Shown one piece after another: positions 40,621-51,128 of a stretch of DNA of 64,000 nucleotides. The translations under genes and the position numbers were made by a program. The notes under the pieces are model-generated. The model made no database searches. It was not told the origin of the DNA and worked only from the letters and a program-made list of their open reading frames with translations. How positions within the stretch are numbered: the stretch's first letter is position 1; each line of letters starts with the position of its first letter. This DNA is from Myxococcales bacterium (GTDB lineage: Bacteria; Myxococcota_A; Polyangia; Polyangiales; DASUME01): positions 1,152,001 through 1,216,000 of the forward strand of contig JASGJH010000001.1 in the NCBI GenBank assembly GCA_047601445.1, given 5' to 3'.

Positions 40621-43600
40621 ATGGTCGAGCACATCATCGAGTTCTGCGCCAGGAATCGCTTCCTCGTGCTCCTGGGGGTAGGGTTCGCCACCCTCGCTGC
40701 CCTCTGGTCCGTCGAGCGCGTCAAGCTCGATGCGATCCCCGACCTCTCGGATCCGCAGGTGATCGTCTTCACGGAGTGGATGGGGCGCAGCCCCACGCTC
40801 GTCGAGGACCAGGTGACGTATCCGATCGTCTCGTCCCTGCTTGGCGCTCCTCACGTGACCGACGTGCGCGGCTACTCGATGTTCGGCATGTCGTTCGTCT
40901 ATGTGATTTTCGATGAGGGCACCGACGTGTACTGGGCGCGCAGTCGCGTGCTCGAGTACATGAACGGGATCCGGAGTCGGCTCCCGCCCGCGGTCGACCC
41001 GGTAATAGGGCCAGACGCCAGCGGCATCGGCTGGGTGTTTCAGTACGCCCTGGTCGACAAGAGCGGCAAGCACGGCCTGGACGAGCTGCGCACCTTTCAG
41101 GACTTCAACCTGCGCTACGCGCTGGGGAGCGTTCAAGGGGTTGCCGAAGTGGCGAGCGTCGGAGGGTACGAAAAGCAGTACCAGGTTACCGTGGACCCGA
41201 ACCGGCTGCGCGCCTTCGGCGTGACGCTGGATGACGTGATCGCAGCGATTCGTGATTCGAACAGCGACGTCGGCGGGCGCATCCTCGAGATGTCCGGCCG
41301 CGAGTACTACATCCGGGGTCGCGGCTATATCCAGGACCTGGCCAGTATCGAGAGGATTGCCCTGAAGGCTGCACCCCCCACGGGGACTCCGGTGTTGGTG
41401 CGGGACGTGGCCCAGGTGCGCTTCGGGCCCGAGATCCGGCGCGGGCTTCTGGAGTGGAATGGGGAAGGGGAGGCGGTCGGGGCGATCGTCGTGATGCGGT
41501 ATGGCGAGAACGCGCTGGAAGTCATCGAGCGGATCAAGCAAAAGCTCGTGGAGATCAAGTCGAGCATTCCGGAGGGAGTGGAGCTGGAGATTGCATACGA
41601 TCGGTCGGGCTTGATCCAGCGCTCGGTCGACACGTTGAAAACCGCCCTGATCGAAGAAGCCGTGGTGGTGAGTCTCGTCATCGTGCTGTTCCTGCTGCAC
41701 GTGCGGAGCTCGCTGTTACCCATTCTCTCGCTGCCGATCAGCGTGGCGCTCTCGTTCATCCCGATGTACCTGCTGGATATCCCGTCCACGATCATGAGCC
41801 TGGGTGGCATCGCGATCGCAATTGGAGCCACCGTCGACGCCGAGATCGTGATGATCGAAGCGTCCCACAAGAAGCTCGAGGAAGCCGGGCCGAACGCGGA
41901 CCGACGCAAACTTCTCGCCGAGGCTGCCAAGGAGGTGACGCCGGCGATCTTCTTCTCGCTGCTCATCATCGCGGTGGCGTTCTTGCCAGTATTCACGCTC
42001 ACGGGACAAGCCGGTCGGCTATTCAAACCACTCGCCTACACCAAGACCTTCGTCATGCTGTTCTCGGCGCTCCTGTCCATCACCTTCGCTCCGGCGCTTC
42101 GGGACGTCTTGATTCGCGGGCGCATTTTTCCCGAGAAGAAGCACCCGATCTCTCGCTTCATGGTCGCGCTCTACAAGCCATTCGTGTTCGTGGCGCTGCG
42201 CAACCCACTCTCGACCATCGCAATCGGTGTGCTCGCCCTGGCTTCGGCCGTCCCGCTGGCAAGCAAGCTCGGACACGAGTTCATGCCGCCGCTCAATGAG
42301 GGCGACATCCTGTACATGCCGATCACGTTTCCGAACATCTCGATTGAACAGGCCAAGCAGCAGCTGCAGCAGCAGGACCGCATCTTGAAGACGTTCCCGG
42401 AGGTCGAGAGCGTCTTCGGCAAGGTGGGCCGCGCGGAGACGCCCACCGACCCGGCACCGATTACGATGGTCGAGACCACGGTGCGCCTGCGCCCCCGCGA
42501 ACATTGGCGCAAGGTCATGGTGCAGCGCTGGTACTCGTCGTGGTGTCCAGAGTGGCTCAAGCCCGCGCTGCAACCTCTGTGGCCCGAGCTCGAACCGATC
42601 AGCTGGGATGCGCTCACGAGCGAGATGAACCGGCAGATGCGATTCCCGGGTTGGACGAATGCGTGGACCATGCCGATCAAAACGCGCGTGGATATGTTGA
42701 CGACAGGCATTCGCACGCCCATCGGGATCAAGGTATTCGGTAGCGACCTGGCGAAGGTCGAGGCTGTCGGCGTCAAGCTGGAGGAGCTCCTCGCGCCGGT
42801 GCGCGGTACGCGCAGTGTGCTCTATGAACGCAGTCTCGGGGGGCTCTACCTCGATATCGAGCCAAACCGGGAAGCGCTCGCGCGCTATGGCCTGCGTGTT
42901 GGCGACGTGCAGCGGGTGATCGAAACGGCCATCGGCGGAACGCCGATCACGATGACGGTTGAAGGCCGTAGCCGCTTCACCGTGAACGTGCGCTATCCCC
43001 AGGACCTTCGCAGTGACATCGAACGGCTGCGACAGGTGCTCGTGCCCGTGCCGGCCGGAATGCAAGGGCCTGCGCCGATGACACCCGAGAAAGGGGCGCA
43101 GCTGGCCCCCGACGTGGAGTCCCGCGTGTACCTCGCGCAAGCGATGCCGGGAATGGAGAACGTCGCAAGCCGCCCGGCAACGGCAACGTCGGGACTTCCC
43201 GCTCCCATGACGCAGTCCGATGCTCCGGCCATGGACTTGGGGGGAGGGGGCATGGGACCTTCACAGCCGGCCACTGGCGCGCAGGGCGCCGTTCCACTCG
43301 AGCCGGGCACCGGCCGAACCGCGGGCAAGACCTACATCCCGCTCGGAGAGCTCGCGTCGATCCGCATAGTCGGCGGTCCTCCCATGGTGCGCGACGAGGA
43401 CGGCATGCTGGTCGGTTACGTCTATGTGGACATCGACCAGGTCGCTCGCGACATTGGCGGCTACGTCGACGACGCCAAGAGAGTCGTCCAGGAGGCGATC
43501 GCCCAGGGAGAGCTCGTCCTTCCGCCCGGCTACAGCCTGCGCTGGACAGGACAGTACGAGCTGCTCCAAGAGACCGCTGCACGCATGAAGGTCGTCATCC

Positions 43601-44346
43601 CGGTGACCCTCATGATCGTCGTGCTTTTGCTGTTCTTGCACTTCAAGAACCTCATCGAGGTCTTGATCGTCCTGCTCTCGATCCCCTTCGCCTTGGTGGG
43701 CAGCGTATGGTTGCTGTGGCTCCTCGACTACCGCGTCTCGACCGCCGTCTGGGTGGGCATCATCGCCCTGGTCGGCCTCGCAGCCCAGACCGGGATCGTG
43801 ATGATCGTCTACATCGACCATGCCTACGAGCGCCGCAAGCGCGCAGGCAAGATTCGCGACCTCAACGACATCATCTGGGCGCACATGGAGGGCACGGTGC
43901 TGCGCGTTCGACCCAAGCTCATGACCGTCTCCACGATGCTGATCGGGCTGGTCCCGCTCCTCTGGGCGAGCGGTTCGGGCTCCGACGTGATGAAACGCAT
44001 CGCTGCTCCCATGGTCGGCGGCCTACTGACTTCGGCTTTCCTGACGCTCGAAATCATCCCGGTGATCTACACGTACTGGCGGCAGGAGCAGCTGCTCTGG
44101 GAGCTGCTGCCTGGTCACGACCGCGAACGGCTCGTGCGTCTCAAGGCGTTGGCGACGCTTCACGGTGCCGCGTGGCTGTCGCTGGCGGCGCTTGGTGTCA
44201 CGTTGGTCTACGTGCCACTGCCCGAAAGCCCCCGCGTCACCTGGCTAGCGGGTTCCTTGCTGCTCATCCTTGGCAGTGCGACGGGCTACCTCGCCCTGAG
44301 ACCTGCCGCGCGGCAGCTGGTGTGGCCGCGGGCCTCGAGCGGCTGA
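40621..44346 (+). CDS. cusA: CusA/SilA-type heavy-metal RND pump
   Basis: LDAIPDLSDPQVIV, EFMPPLNEGDILYMP, RVRPKLMTV, MKRIAAPMVGG. Confidence 0.95.
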   Translation: MVEHIIEFCARNRFLVLLGVGFATLAALWSVERVKLDAIPDLSDPQVIVFTEWMGRSPTLVEDQVTYPIVSSLLGAPHVTDVRGYSMFGMSFVYVIFDEGTDVYWARSRVLEYMNGIRSRLPPAVDPVIGPDASGIGWVFQYALVDKSGKHGLDELRTFQDFNLRYALGSVQGVAEVASVGGYEKQYQVTVDPNRLRAFGVTLDDVIAAIRDSNSDVGGRILEMSGREYYIRGRGYIQDLASIERIALKAAPPTGTPVLVRDVAQVRFGPEIRRGLLEWNGEGEAVGAIVVMRYGENALEVIERIKQKLVEIKSSIPEGVELEIAYDRSGLIQRSVDTLKTALIEEAVVVSLVIVLFLLHVRSSLLPILSLPISVALSFIPMYLLDIPSTIMSLGGIAIAIGATVDAEIVMIEASHKKLEEAGPNADRRKLLAEAAKEVTPAIFFSLLIIAVAFLPVFTLTGQAGRLFKPLAYTKTFVMLFSALLSITFAPALRDVLIRGRIFPEKKHPISRFMVALYKPFVFVALRNPLSTIAIGVLALASAVPLASKLGHEFMPPLNEGDILYMPITFPNISIEQAKQQLQQQDRILKTFPEVESVFGKVGRAETPTDPAPITMVETTVRLRPREHWRKVMVQRWYSSWCPEWLKPALQPLWPELEPISWDALTSEMNRQMRFPGWTNAWTMPIKTRVDMLTTGIRTPIGIKVFGSDLAKVEAVGVKLEELLAPVRGTRSVLYERSLGGLYLDIEPNREALARYGLRVGDVQRVIETAIGGTPITMTVEGRSRFTVNVRYPQDLRSDIERLRQVLVPVPAGMQGPAPMTPEKGAQLAPDVESRVYLAQAMPGMENVASRPATATSGLPAPMTQSDAPAMDLGGGGMGPSQPATGAQGAVPLEPGTGRTAGKTYIPLGELASIRIVGGPPMVRDEDGMLVGYVYVDIDQVARDIGGYVDDAKRVVQEAIAQGELVLPPGYSLRWTGQYELLQETAARMKVVIPVTLMIVVLLLFLHFKNLIEVLIVLLSIPFALVGSVWLLWLLDYRVSTAVWVGIIALVGLAAQTGIVMIVYIDHAYERRKRAGKIRDLNDIIWAHMEGTVLRVRPKLMTVSTMLIGLVPLLWASGSGSDVMKRIAAPMVGGLLTSAFLTLEIIPVIYTYWRQEQLLWELLPGHDRERLVRLKALATLHGAAWLSLAALGVTLVYVPLPESPRVTWLAGSLLLILGSATGYLALRPAARQLVWPRASSG

Positions 44347-44394
44347 AGCGGTCCTCGGTGAGCGCAGGCTTTGGCGCTCTCATTTCTTGCCTCG

Positions 44395-45075
44395 CTACGA
44401 GCGGACTGGTTGGGGATCGAACCGTGGCAATGCGTCTCGACTCCGGTCGATTCGGGCGCCAATCCACAGCACCACAAGCAAGAGCAAATTGGTCGCCGCC
44501 ATAGCTTCGACTCCAGGCGGTGGTGGTCCGAAGTAGGCCCCGACGTTCACCGCAACCAGGAACGCGCTGAGCACCGCAAGCGCGATGACGCTACCGCGTC
44601 CGCGAGGCGAAGTGCTTCTCAGGTAGAGCGACATTCCAACCGCGAACAGCACCAGTTCCACGGAGAGAGCGGTTACCGGATAGTTCCAGAGGCCTAGCCC
44701 GAAGCGCGGACCGTGTGGAACCAGCGGCATGTCCGGTCCGTGGGAGATCCAGTCGAGAACGAAGTGGCTGACGACGCCGAGGAACAGCACCACAGCGATG
44801 CGGAAGGCACCGCGATGCAGTGCGAGATATCCCGCGCCGACCAGGAGTCCCCAGACGATCGACATCACGAAGCTATGGCTCACCCCCGTGTACTGGAGGT
44901 CGAGGGGCATGGCCTCGGTGATGCCCGGAACGATGCGAGCCTGCTCGATGCCCGTCACGATGAACACGCCCCACAGCAGGTCGAGGAAGACCGGCGCGAA
45001 GAGAAGCCAGCCCAACGAAGCGTCTCTGGCCCAACGCTTCGACGCGAAACCCACAGCGAGATGACCGATGCCCAT
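44395..45075 (-). CDS. Metal-dependent membrane hydrolase (YdjM/LexA-binding-like)
   Basis: IGHLAVG, SHS, SHFVLDWISH motifs; TM helices. Confidence 0.7.
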   Translation of the reverse strand: MGIGHLAVGFASKRWARDASLGWLLFAPVFLDLLWGVFIVTGIEQARIVPGITEAMPLDLQYTGVSHSFVMSIVWGLLVGAGYLALHRGAFRIAVVLFLGVVSHFVLDWISHGPDMPLVPHGPRFGLGLWNYPVTALSVELVLFAVGMSLYLRSTSPRGRGSVIALAVLSAFLVAVNVGAYFGPPPPGVEAMAATNLLLLVVLWIGARIDRSRDALPRFDPQPVRS

Positions 45076-45178
45076 GGCGCGCAGTGTACCGCACCGATCT
45101 CGGTCCGCTTCGACGCGCTCGCCAATCACCCCGTCGCAGCGAAGCGCAAGATGCCGCGCGGCGCTGGCCCCTCATGTC

Positions 45179-46657
45179 TCAGGGCGCGCTTGCCTTCCAA
45201 TCCGGCGCATAATTGTTGCCGCCGTAGGCCATGCAGAAGGCAGTGTTATCGTCGGCGTAGGTGGGGTCGGCGTTCACGACGGCGGGCCGAAGAGCGTCCC
45301 ACAGCTTGGCAGGGGAGTTCTGCTGCGCGAGATCTTCCAGTGAGAGCATGGCGGGGTCGAAGGTGTTCACGGGCGTGAGGTTGACGCCGACGACCACGAG
45401 ATCGAGGCCCGGATGGCCCTGGATCACCTGACCTCCCACGCCAATCGCTTGCCACACGCCCACGTCATACTGCTGCGAGCACGTGTACGGAAGGGTGTAG
45501 CCGCAGTTCGGTGATTCCATGAGCGGCGGGTGGGGATAGCTCTTGTGCAGTGCCACAGGCGCGCAGGAGCCTGGAAGCAAGGGCCCGACGGGCAGGGGGC
45601 CTGTCGCGAGATCGGCGATGCCGAGTCCATATCCTGAAGCGGAATTGAGCCAAGTCAGGTACCCGTACCCCGTGTTCGCGTCCTCGAAGGATGGGTGCGT
45701 CATGCGATAGATCCACTCGGCATCGAGAAGGCGCTCGCCCTTCCACACACCTCCGCGCAGCATGAGAAGGCCGACTTTGGCCATGTCATAGACGTCGGTG
45801 ATCCAACTGAAGGCGAGGACCTTATCCGGCGAGCCGTTGTTCCATGAGGAGTGTGCGAGGCCCAGCTTCTTGAAGAGGAAGCGCTGCGTGAACTCCTCGA
45901 GGTTCGCGCCCAGCCGTGCTGGGTCTTGCGCAATCGCAGTGTTCAGGACGTCGCTCAAGCTATTGATCTGCACCGTGCCCAGTGTGTCGTACTGCATGGA
46001 GCGCTTGCGCAAGCCGCTCGGGTCGTAGCTGAGGTCGGTATTGTGCGCGATCATGGCGAGCACGTGAGCGATCTTGGCGTCTTTGTTGTAGGTGAACTTC
46101 TCGTTGTCCGCGTCGAGCCAGTGATCGATGCGATCGGCGTCGCTCAGGGGGCCTTTCTTCAGCTCCGCGGTCGCCGGGATCTCGCGGGTCTGATAGGCCA
46201 CCATGCCGGTCACGAGGGCGCCAAGCGTCTTGGTCGCGGACCACGCACCGACCAGCGGCATACCTTCCACCTTGTATTGATGGCAGAGCTTGCCGTAGCG
46301 AACCACGGCCCAAGGCGTATTGAGGATGGCGTCGGCTGCCTTGAGCGCTTCAGGATCGAGCTTGCAGGCTTCGCGCACCTGGTCTTCAGGCACGAGCTCC
46401 CAGGGCATGGTGTCGAGGTTCTCGGTGGGCATCTCTTCGGATGCGTCTGGCTTGTCGAAATACCAGGCCCGCCCGGCGTCCTTGGCGGGTTCGCCTGCAT
46501 CCTCGTTCTGACGGGGCAGCGCGGCGGCGTCGGCTGGACCACCATCATCGGGCTCCTCGTGGGTACTCTTGTGACTGTCCCCTCCGCACGCGGTAGAGGC
46601 CAAGACCGTCAGGAACAGCAAGCGAGAACACCTTAGGCCAAGCGAGTCGAGCTTCAT
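45179..46657 (-). CDS. Lipoprotein with serine hydrolase/beta-lactamase fold
   Basis: STAC lipobox; WSATKT (SxxK), DMAKVGLLMLRGGVWKGERLL, YGYLTW. Confidence 0.75.
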   Translation of the reverse strand: MKLDSLGLRCSRLLFLTVLASTACGGDSHKSTHEEPDDGGPADAAALPRQNEDAGEPAKDAGRAWYFDKPDASEEMPTENLDTMPWELVPEDQVREACKLDPEALKAADAILNTPWAVVRYGKLCHQYKVEGMPLVGAWSATKTLGALVTGMVAYQTREIPATAELKKGPLSDADRIDHWLDADNEKFTYNKDAKIAHVLAMIAHNTDLSYDPSGLRKRSMQYDTLGTVQINSLSDVLNTAIAQDPARLGANLEEFTQRFLFKKLGLAHSSWNNGSPDKVLAFSWITDVYDMAKVGLLMLRGGVWKGERLLDAEWIYRMTHPSFEDANTGYGYLTWLNSASGYGLGIADLATGPLPVGPLLPGSCAPVALHKSYPHPPLMESPNCGYTLPYTCSQQYDVGVWQAIGVGGQVIQGHPGLDLVVVGVNLTPVNTFDPAMLSLEDLAQQNSPAKLWDALRPAVVNADPTYADDNTAFCMAYGGNNYAPDWKASAP

Positions 46658-46824
46658 GGAAATGCACCCCAGCCCGTGACCTATCACGCAGCCTGCTCCG
46701 GCCTGAGCGGGTGGGACCTCTCTATCAACGAAAGGGCCGCTCCCTGCCAACCGCCCTCTGCGCGTGTGACCTCCGGGACCCAAATCTTGTCTCCCTGGAG
46801 CCCTCTCTTCGACGCGGTGCCTTC

Positions 46825-47844
46825 TCAGGGGCATCCCTCGACTGGCTGGATATTGTCGACGAACACGCCCGCGATTCCGCCGCCAGGAGCCGCAGCAAAT
46901 CGAATGTGGTCAAAAGCCTCCTTGGCTGTGAACGTGACGCAACTTGTTTGCCAATCACTGGTCGCAACCGCCGACGTGGCCACTAGCTGGTCTTGTCCGC
47001 AAGCTTGGCCTCCGACCCAAATCTCGGCGGCGCCAGCGCTTGCTCCAAAGAAAGCCCCCTGGGTTCGGAACGCCAGGTCGAACTGGAAGCTGTAGCTCTT
47101 GCCAGGCATCAAAGGGCTACACAACTTGGCCCCGACGGATTCGCGATTCCCCAGGACGTTGTAGACGACGAGGTAGGTGGCTCCGTCGCTCGCCGCAGGA
47201 GCCCCTTGAGACCCACTCCAACTCTGGTGCTCGTCCCAGATGTCGGGGCTGAACGAGCACTCTTGCCACGCCGCTGCGTCGAACGTGACGCCTGCGGACG
47301 CACCGGGCGTGCCAGGAGCCACGGCGCCCGCGGACGTGTTCACGCCCGGCACCCCTTCGAACGACGGATTCGACAGGCAGAGTTCGGCTGCTGGGCCGCC
47401 ACACCTGAGAACCTCCGCGGCCACCTCCGTGCTCGCGGTTTCAGCAGGACGCCCCAACTCGATACCTTCGATAGCGGTGTCGGTGGCGCTCACCGAGAGC
47501 TTGGCGCTGGCATCCAGACAGACATGGCGCTTCGCGCTCGTCGAGCCGTCCTCCCATAGGAACGTATAGGGGGCATTGCCCCCTTTCGCGACGGCTTCAA
47601 TGTCAGCGCAGTCACCGGTACAGGCCAGGGTGATGACCTCAATGGTCATCTTGTCCTGGTCTTGAACACGCACACGGAGCGCCTTATCGTCCCCGGCCCC
47701 CTGGTCGCCCGGGTCGTCAGCTCGCTCGTCGTCGCCACCATCATCCGGCTGACCGCGCTCAGGCCCTCGGTTGCTGTCGGTGTTCTGGCCGGAACAGGCG
47801 AACAAGAGGGCCACGAGCATCAGGGGAAGGGCGGTCCGCGTCAT
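46825..47844 (-). CDS. Hypothetical lipoprotein (SprB-like repeat plus jelly-roll-like domain)
   Basis: LFAC lipobox; AKGGNAPYTFLWEDG; LSNPSFEG..VFVDNI. Confidence 0.65.
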   Translation of the reverse strand: MTRTALPLMLVALLFACSGQNTDSNRGPERGQPDDGGDDERADDPGDQGAGDDKALRVRVQDQDKMTIEVITLACTGDCADIEAVAKGGNAPYTFLWEDGSTSAKRHVCLDASAKLSVSATDTAIEGIELGRPAETASTEVAAEVLRCGGPAAELCLSNPSFEGVPGVNTSAGAVAPGTPGASAGVTFDAAAWQECSFSPDIWDEHQSWSGSQGAPAASDGATYLVVYNVLGNRESVGAKLCSPLMPGKSYSFQFDLAFRTQGAFFGASAGAAEIWVGGQACGQDQLVATSAVATSDWQTSCVTFTAKEAFDHIRFAAAPGGGIAGVFVDNIQPVEGCP

Positions 47845-48102
47845 ATCTCTTCATGAGCCCACGCGCCGGATCCTTGGCGCGGGGGGCCGATGAAGCGACG
47901 AAGAGGCTCATCGAGTCGTTCGACCCTCCGGGGGCTCGCTAGCGCCCGGGTAGGACGTGTCGTGACGACATATGTACTGCCGACGAGAGAATCGGGGCGT
48001 TTTCATGAATTTTTTATGAGGCGGGAAAGCGACCTTCCGTCTGATCAAGTGCGCCCGCCCCGAGCTCAGGAGCAGTACATGGAAGTCGGCGCTCGCCGAA
48101 AC

Positions 48103-48837
48103 TCACCCCGTTGGACTCAGGTCGACGTTGAGCACCTTCAGCAAGACATTTGCTTGTGCGAGCTCGGTTTCGCTGGCGAGCACGCCGAATGCGAGCCGTA
48201 GCATGGTGTCGCGCGTGCCCTTCCAGCTCGCGTCGCTCCCATCCGACTCGAGCTGATAGCGATAGCCGAGAAACTCGATCCCGTGAATCAGCGCGTCGAG
48301 CACGTGCTCCTGCGTGGGTGGGCGACCAAGGGCCGCGGTCGCGTCGACCCAGCTCCGCTTCAACACTTGAATGCTCTCGCGGCGATAGTGCGATACCGGC
48401 GAGTACTCGTCGTGGAGCTCCGAGAACAGCGGGCGCAGCATAGGTCCGAGTTGCTCGCCCCAGCGCCGCCAGGCCAAGAGGCCGGCTTCGACCTTCTCGT
48501 AGGGTGCACGCGCTTGTGCGATCGCGCTGAGTATTCCGTCGATGAGCGCCTGGTTGACCTCGGCCAGGACCAGCTCGATGGGCTCGTCTACCGAGGTGAA
48601 ATACTTGTAGAAGGTGGGCCGCGACAGACGGGCCTCGGCGATCACCAGCTCCACGCTCATACCGTGATAGCCGACCCGTGTGAACACCGTGCGCGTCGCG
48701 TCGACCAGCGCCCGCTGCATGAGTGCTTGTTCGTCGGCACTCTTGAGCGGGCGACCGCGCGGCGGCGAGCGCCGAGTGCTTCGGCCGGTCGCCGCGTGAA
48801 CGGTCGCGCGTTTGGGCTTCTTGCGGGGCGAAGGCAT
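48103..48837 (-). CDS. TetR family regulator
   Basis: VFTRVGYHGMSVELVIAEARLSRPTFYKYF. Confidence 0.9.
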   Translation of the reverse strand: MPSPRKKPKRATVHAATGRSTRRSPPRGRPLKSADEQALMQRALVDATRTVFTRVGYHGMSVELVIAEARLSRPTFYKYFTSVDEPIELVLAEVNQALIDGILSAIAQARAPYEKVEAGLLAWRRWGEQLGPMLRPLFSELHDEYSPVSHYRRESIQVLKRSWVDATAALGRPPTQEHVLDALIHGIEFLGYRYQLESDGSDASWKGTRDTMLRLAFGVLASETELAQANVLLKVLNVDLSPTG

Positions 48838-48852
48838 CTCACACGAATTACG

Positions 48853-48909
48853 CTAACACGACTGTTAATGCAACTGCCTCTCGCAGAATTGTGCTAACAC
48901 GTTAGTTAG
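48853..48909. promoter_or_regulatory. Two probable TetR operators CTAAC-N6-GTTA(A/G)
   Basis: CTAAC-ACGACT-GTTAA (48853-48868) and CTAAC-ACGTTA-GTTAG (48894-48909) between the divergent TetR and SDR genes. Confidence 0.65.
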
Positions 48910-49009
48910 TTTAATTATGCGACGCAGGATCAGCCTTCTGCCGTCGCGGCAGGCGCCCCTGTTTTGCGGGTTTCCTCGCCAGAGCGGGTCCTCGTTACCG
49001 GAGTGCAAC

Positions 49010-49855
49010 ATGCTCAACGATCAAGTCATCCTCCTCACAGGCTGTTCCGCGGGCATCGGACATGCGCTCGCGCTCGAGCTCGCACAGCGGGGAAACCGCG
49101 TCTTTGCCAGTGCCCGCAAGCTCGATGGTTTGAAGGACCTCGAGGGCGAACCCAACATCGAAATTGTGCAGCTGGATGTGACTGACCTGGCGTCGATGGA
49201 GCGGGCAGTGGCCGAGGTTGTGAAGCGCGCGGGGCGCGTCGACGTGTTGGTGAACAACGCAGGCTTCAACTTGATTGGGCCCTTGGCCGAGGTTCCACTC
49301 GACGGTGTACGGCGCCTGTTCGAGACCAACGTGACGGGCCCTTTGGCCCTCATCCAGATGGTCTTTCCGCACATGGCGGAGCGGCGCTCGGGTCGCATCG
49401 TGAACGTGGGCAGCGTGGTTGGACTCTTGCCCACTCCGTTCGCGGGACCTTACTGCGCCACGAAGGCCGCCGTACACATGCTCTCCGAAGTGCTGCGAAT
49501 GGAACTCACCCCCTTCGGCATCGAGGTGGTGGTAGTCCAACCCGGTGGTGTGCGCTCCGGTCTCGCGGATGCCGCCGCCCAGGACTTGGCGCGCTACGCC
49601 GCACCTAGCTCGCGCTATCACCGCGCCTACGCGGGAATCGAGAAACGGGCGCGCGCCTCCCAGGATCGCCCCATGGAGAGCAGTGCCTTTGCACGCGAGA
49701 TCGCCGCAGCCATCCTCGCCGTAAGAGCGCCACGTGTCGTGCGGGCCGGCCGCGGCGCACGGCTGTACCCTGCGCTGAGCAGGGTGCCGGCACCGTTGCG
49801 GGACCGGCTCTTGATGAGGAACTTTGGACTCGAGCAGCTCAAGGCGCGCGAGTGA
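49010..49855 (+). CDS. Short-chain dehydrogenase/reductase
   Basis: TGCSAGIG, NNAG, YCATK. Confidence 0.93.
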   Translation: MLNDQVILLTGCSAGIGHALALELAQRGNRVFASARKLDGLKDLEGEPNIEIVQLDVTDLASMERAVAEVVKRAGRVDVLVNNAGFNLIGPLAEVPLDGVRRLFETNVTGPLALIQMVFPHMAERRSGRIVNVGSVVGLLPTPFAGPYCATKAAVHMLSEVLRMELTPFGIEVVVVQPGGVRSGLADAAAQDLARYAAPSSRYHRAYAGIEKRARASQDRPMESSAFAREIAAAILAVRAPRVVRAGRGARLYPALSRVPAPLRDRLLMRNFGLEQLKARE

Positions 49856-50196
49856 GCCACGAGCGCTGGCACCGTCGCGCCTGGTTTCCGGCGGAAACGC
49901 AATCAAGCCGCTTCTACGCCGCCGGGCATGGACCATCCACCGCCTCCGCTACTCGATCCCGTTGGCCGCGTTGCGGGCCAAGATGCACCACGGCGAGAGT
50001 GGCGTCGCTATCTCGTCTTGCTGCCCGTCGGAATCCTCTGCCCGAGCCATCCCGGCCAGCGGAGGGGGAGGACCGACCGCAGGATCACGAACCGCTTCTC
50101 CGAACGCTCCCCACCGTGGAGATGCTCGAGCATCACGATGACCGCGGCGAGGCTGAAGCTAGTGGCGCCCGCGCACAAGACGGCCCAGCTTGCTTC

Positions 50197-51081
50197 ATGC
50201 GGGGATCCCTTCGACGACCAAGCGCCCGGCGTCAGCATGGGCTGCTGGCGCTCCTATTCACGTGCTTGGTGGCCAGTGCCAGAGCGTCCGCGGAGGACGC
50301 CACCGACCTTCAAAAGAAGACGCAGAACCCGGTCGCGGACCTAGCCTCTGTGCCGTTTCAGTTCAACTTCAACTCCGGCGGCGACCTCAAAGATCGAACC
50401 CAATCGGTCGTGAACTTCCAGCCTGTCGTGCCCTTGCCAGTGACCGATCGTTGGAACGTGATCGTACGACCCGTGATCCCCATCGTGAATACCCCGACGG
50501 CCGGGGGAGGGCGCAAGCTAGGCCTGGCGGACATTCAACCCCAACTGTTCTTCACGCCTGCAGACGCGGGCAAGATTGTATGGGGACTCGGACCCGTGCT
50601 CTCCTTCCCGACCGCCACCAATGACGCCCTCAGGACGGGACAGTGGGGAGCGGGGCCGGCCGGCGTTCTGGTCATCTCCACGGGGCACTGGGTCGTGGGC
50701 CTGTTGAGCAACAACGTGTGGCGCGTCGCCGGTTCAAGGCGAGAACCCAAGCTCAATGCCTTTACCCTGCAGCCCTTCATCAACTTCAACTTCGGTCACG
50801 GCTGGGCCCTCTCGTTTGCCCCTCTCATCACCGCGAACTGGACCGCTCCATCACGCAACACTTGGACCGTGCCGCTCGGTGCGGGCGTGTCCAAGGTTCA
50901 TGCGATCGGCAAGCAGCCGGTCAATCTGTCGCTGCAGTACTACCGCAACGTGGCGTACCCGGACGGGTCCGGTGCAAACCAGCTGCGCATCGTTGTTGCG
51001 TTTCTCTTTCCGAAGGTCCCAATGGGGGCCGGTCCGATGGCCGCACCCGCGCCAGTCGGCGCGCCAGCGGAGCCGCACTGA
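50197..51081 (+). CDS. Outer-membrane beta-barrel ('neuromedin U'-annotated/transporter family)
   Basis: Signal peptide; QNPVADLASVPFQ, FQPVVP, QPFINFN, WTVPLG. Confidence 0.75.
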   Translation: MRGSLRRPSARRQHGLLALLFTCLVASARASAEDATDLQKKTQNPVADLASVPFQFNFNSGGDLKDRTQSVVNFQPVVPLPVTDRWNVIVRPVIPIVNTPTAGGGRKLGLADIQPQLFFTPADAGKIVWGLGPVLSFPTATNDALRTGQWGAGPAGVLVISTGHWVVGLLSNNVWRVAGSRREPKLNAFTLQPFINFNFGHGWALSFAPLITANWTAPSRNTWTVPLGAGVSKVHAIGKQPVNLSLQYYRNVAYPDGSGANQLRIVVAFLFPKVPMGAGPMAAPAPVGAPAEPH

Positions 51082-51128
51082 CGTCGGACAGGACTCGGCC
51101 CCACGGACCTTCGCGGCGCGACGACGGC

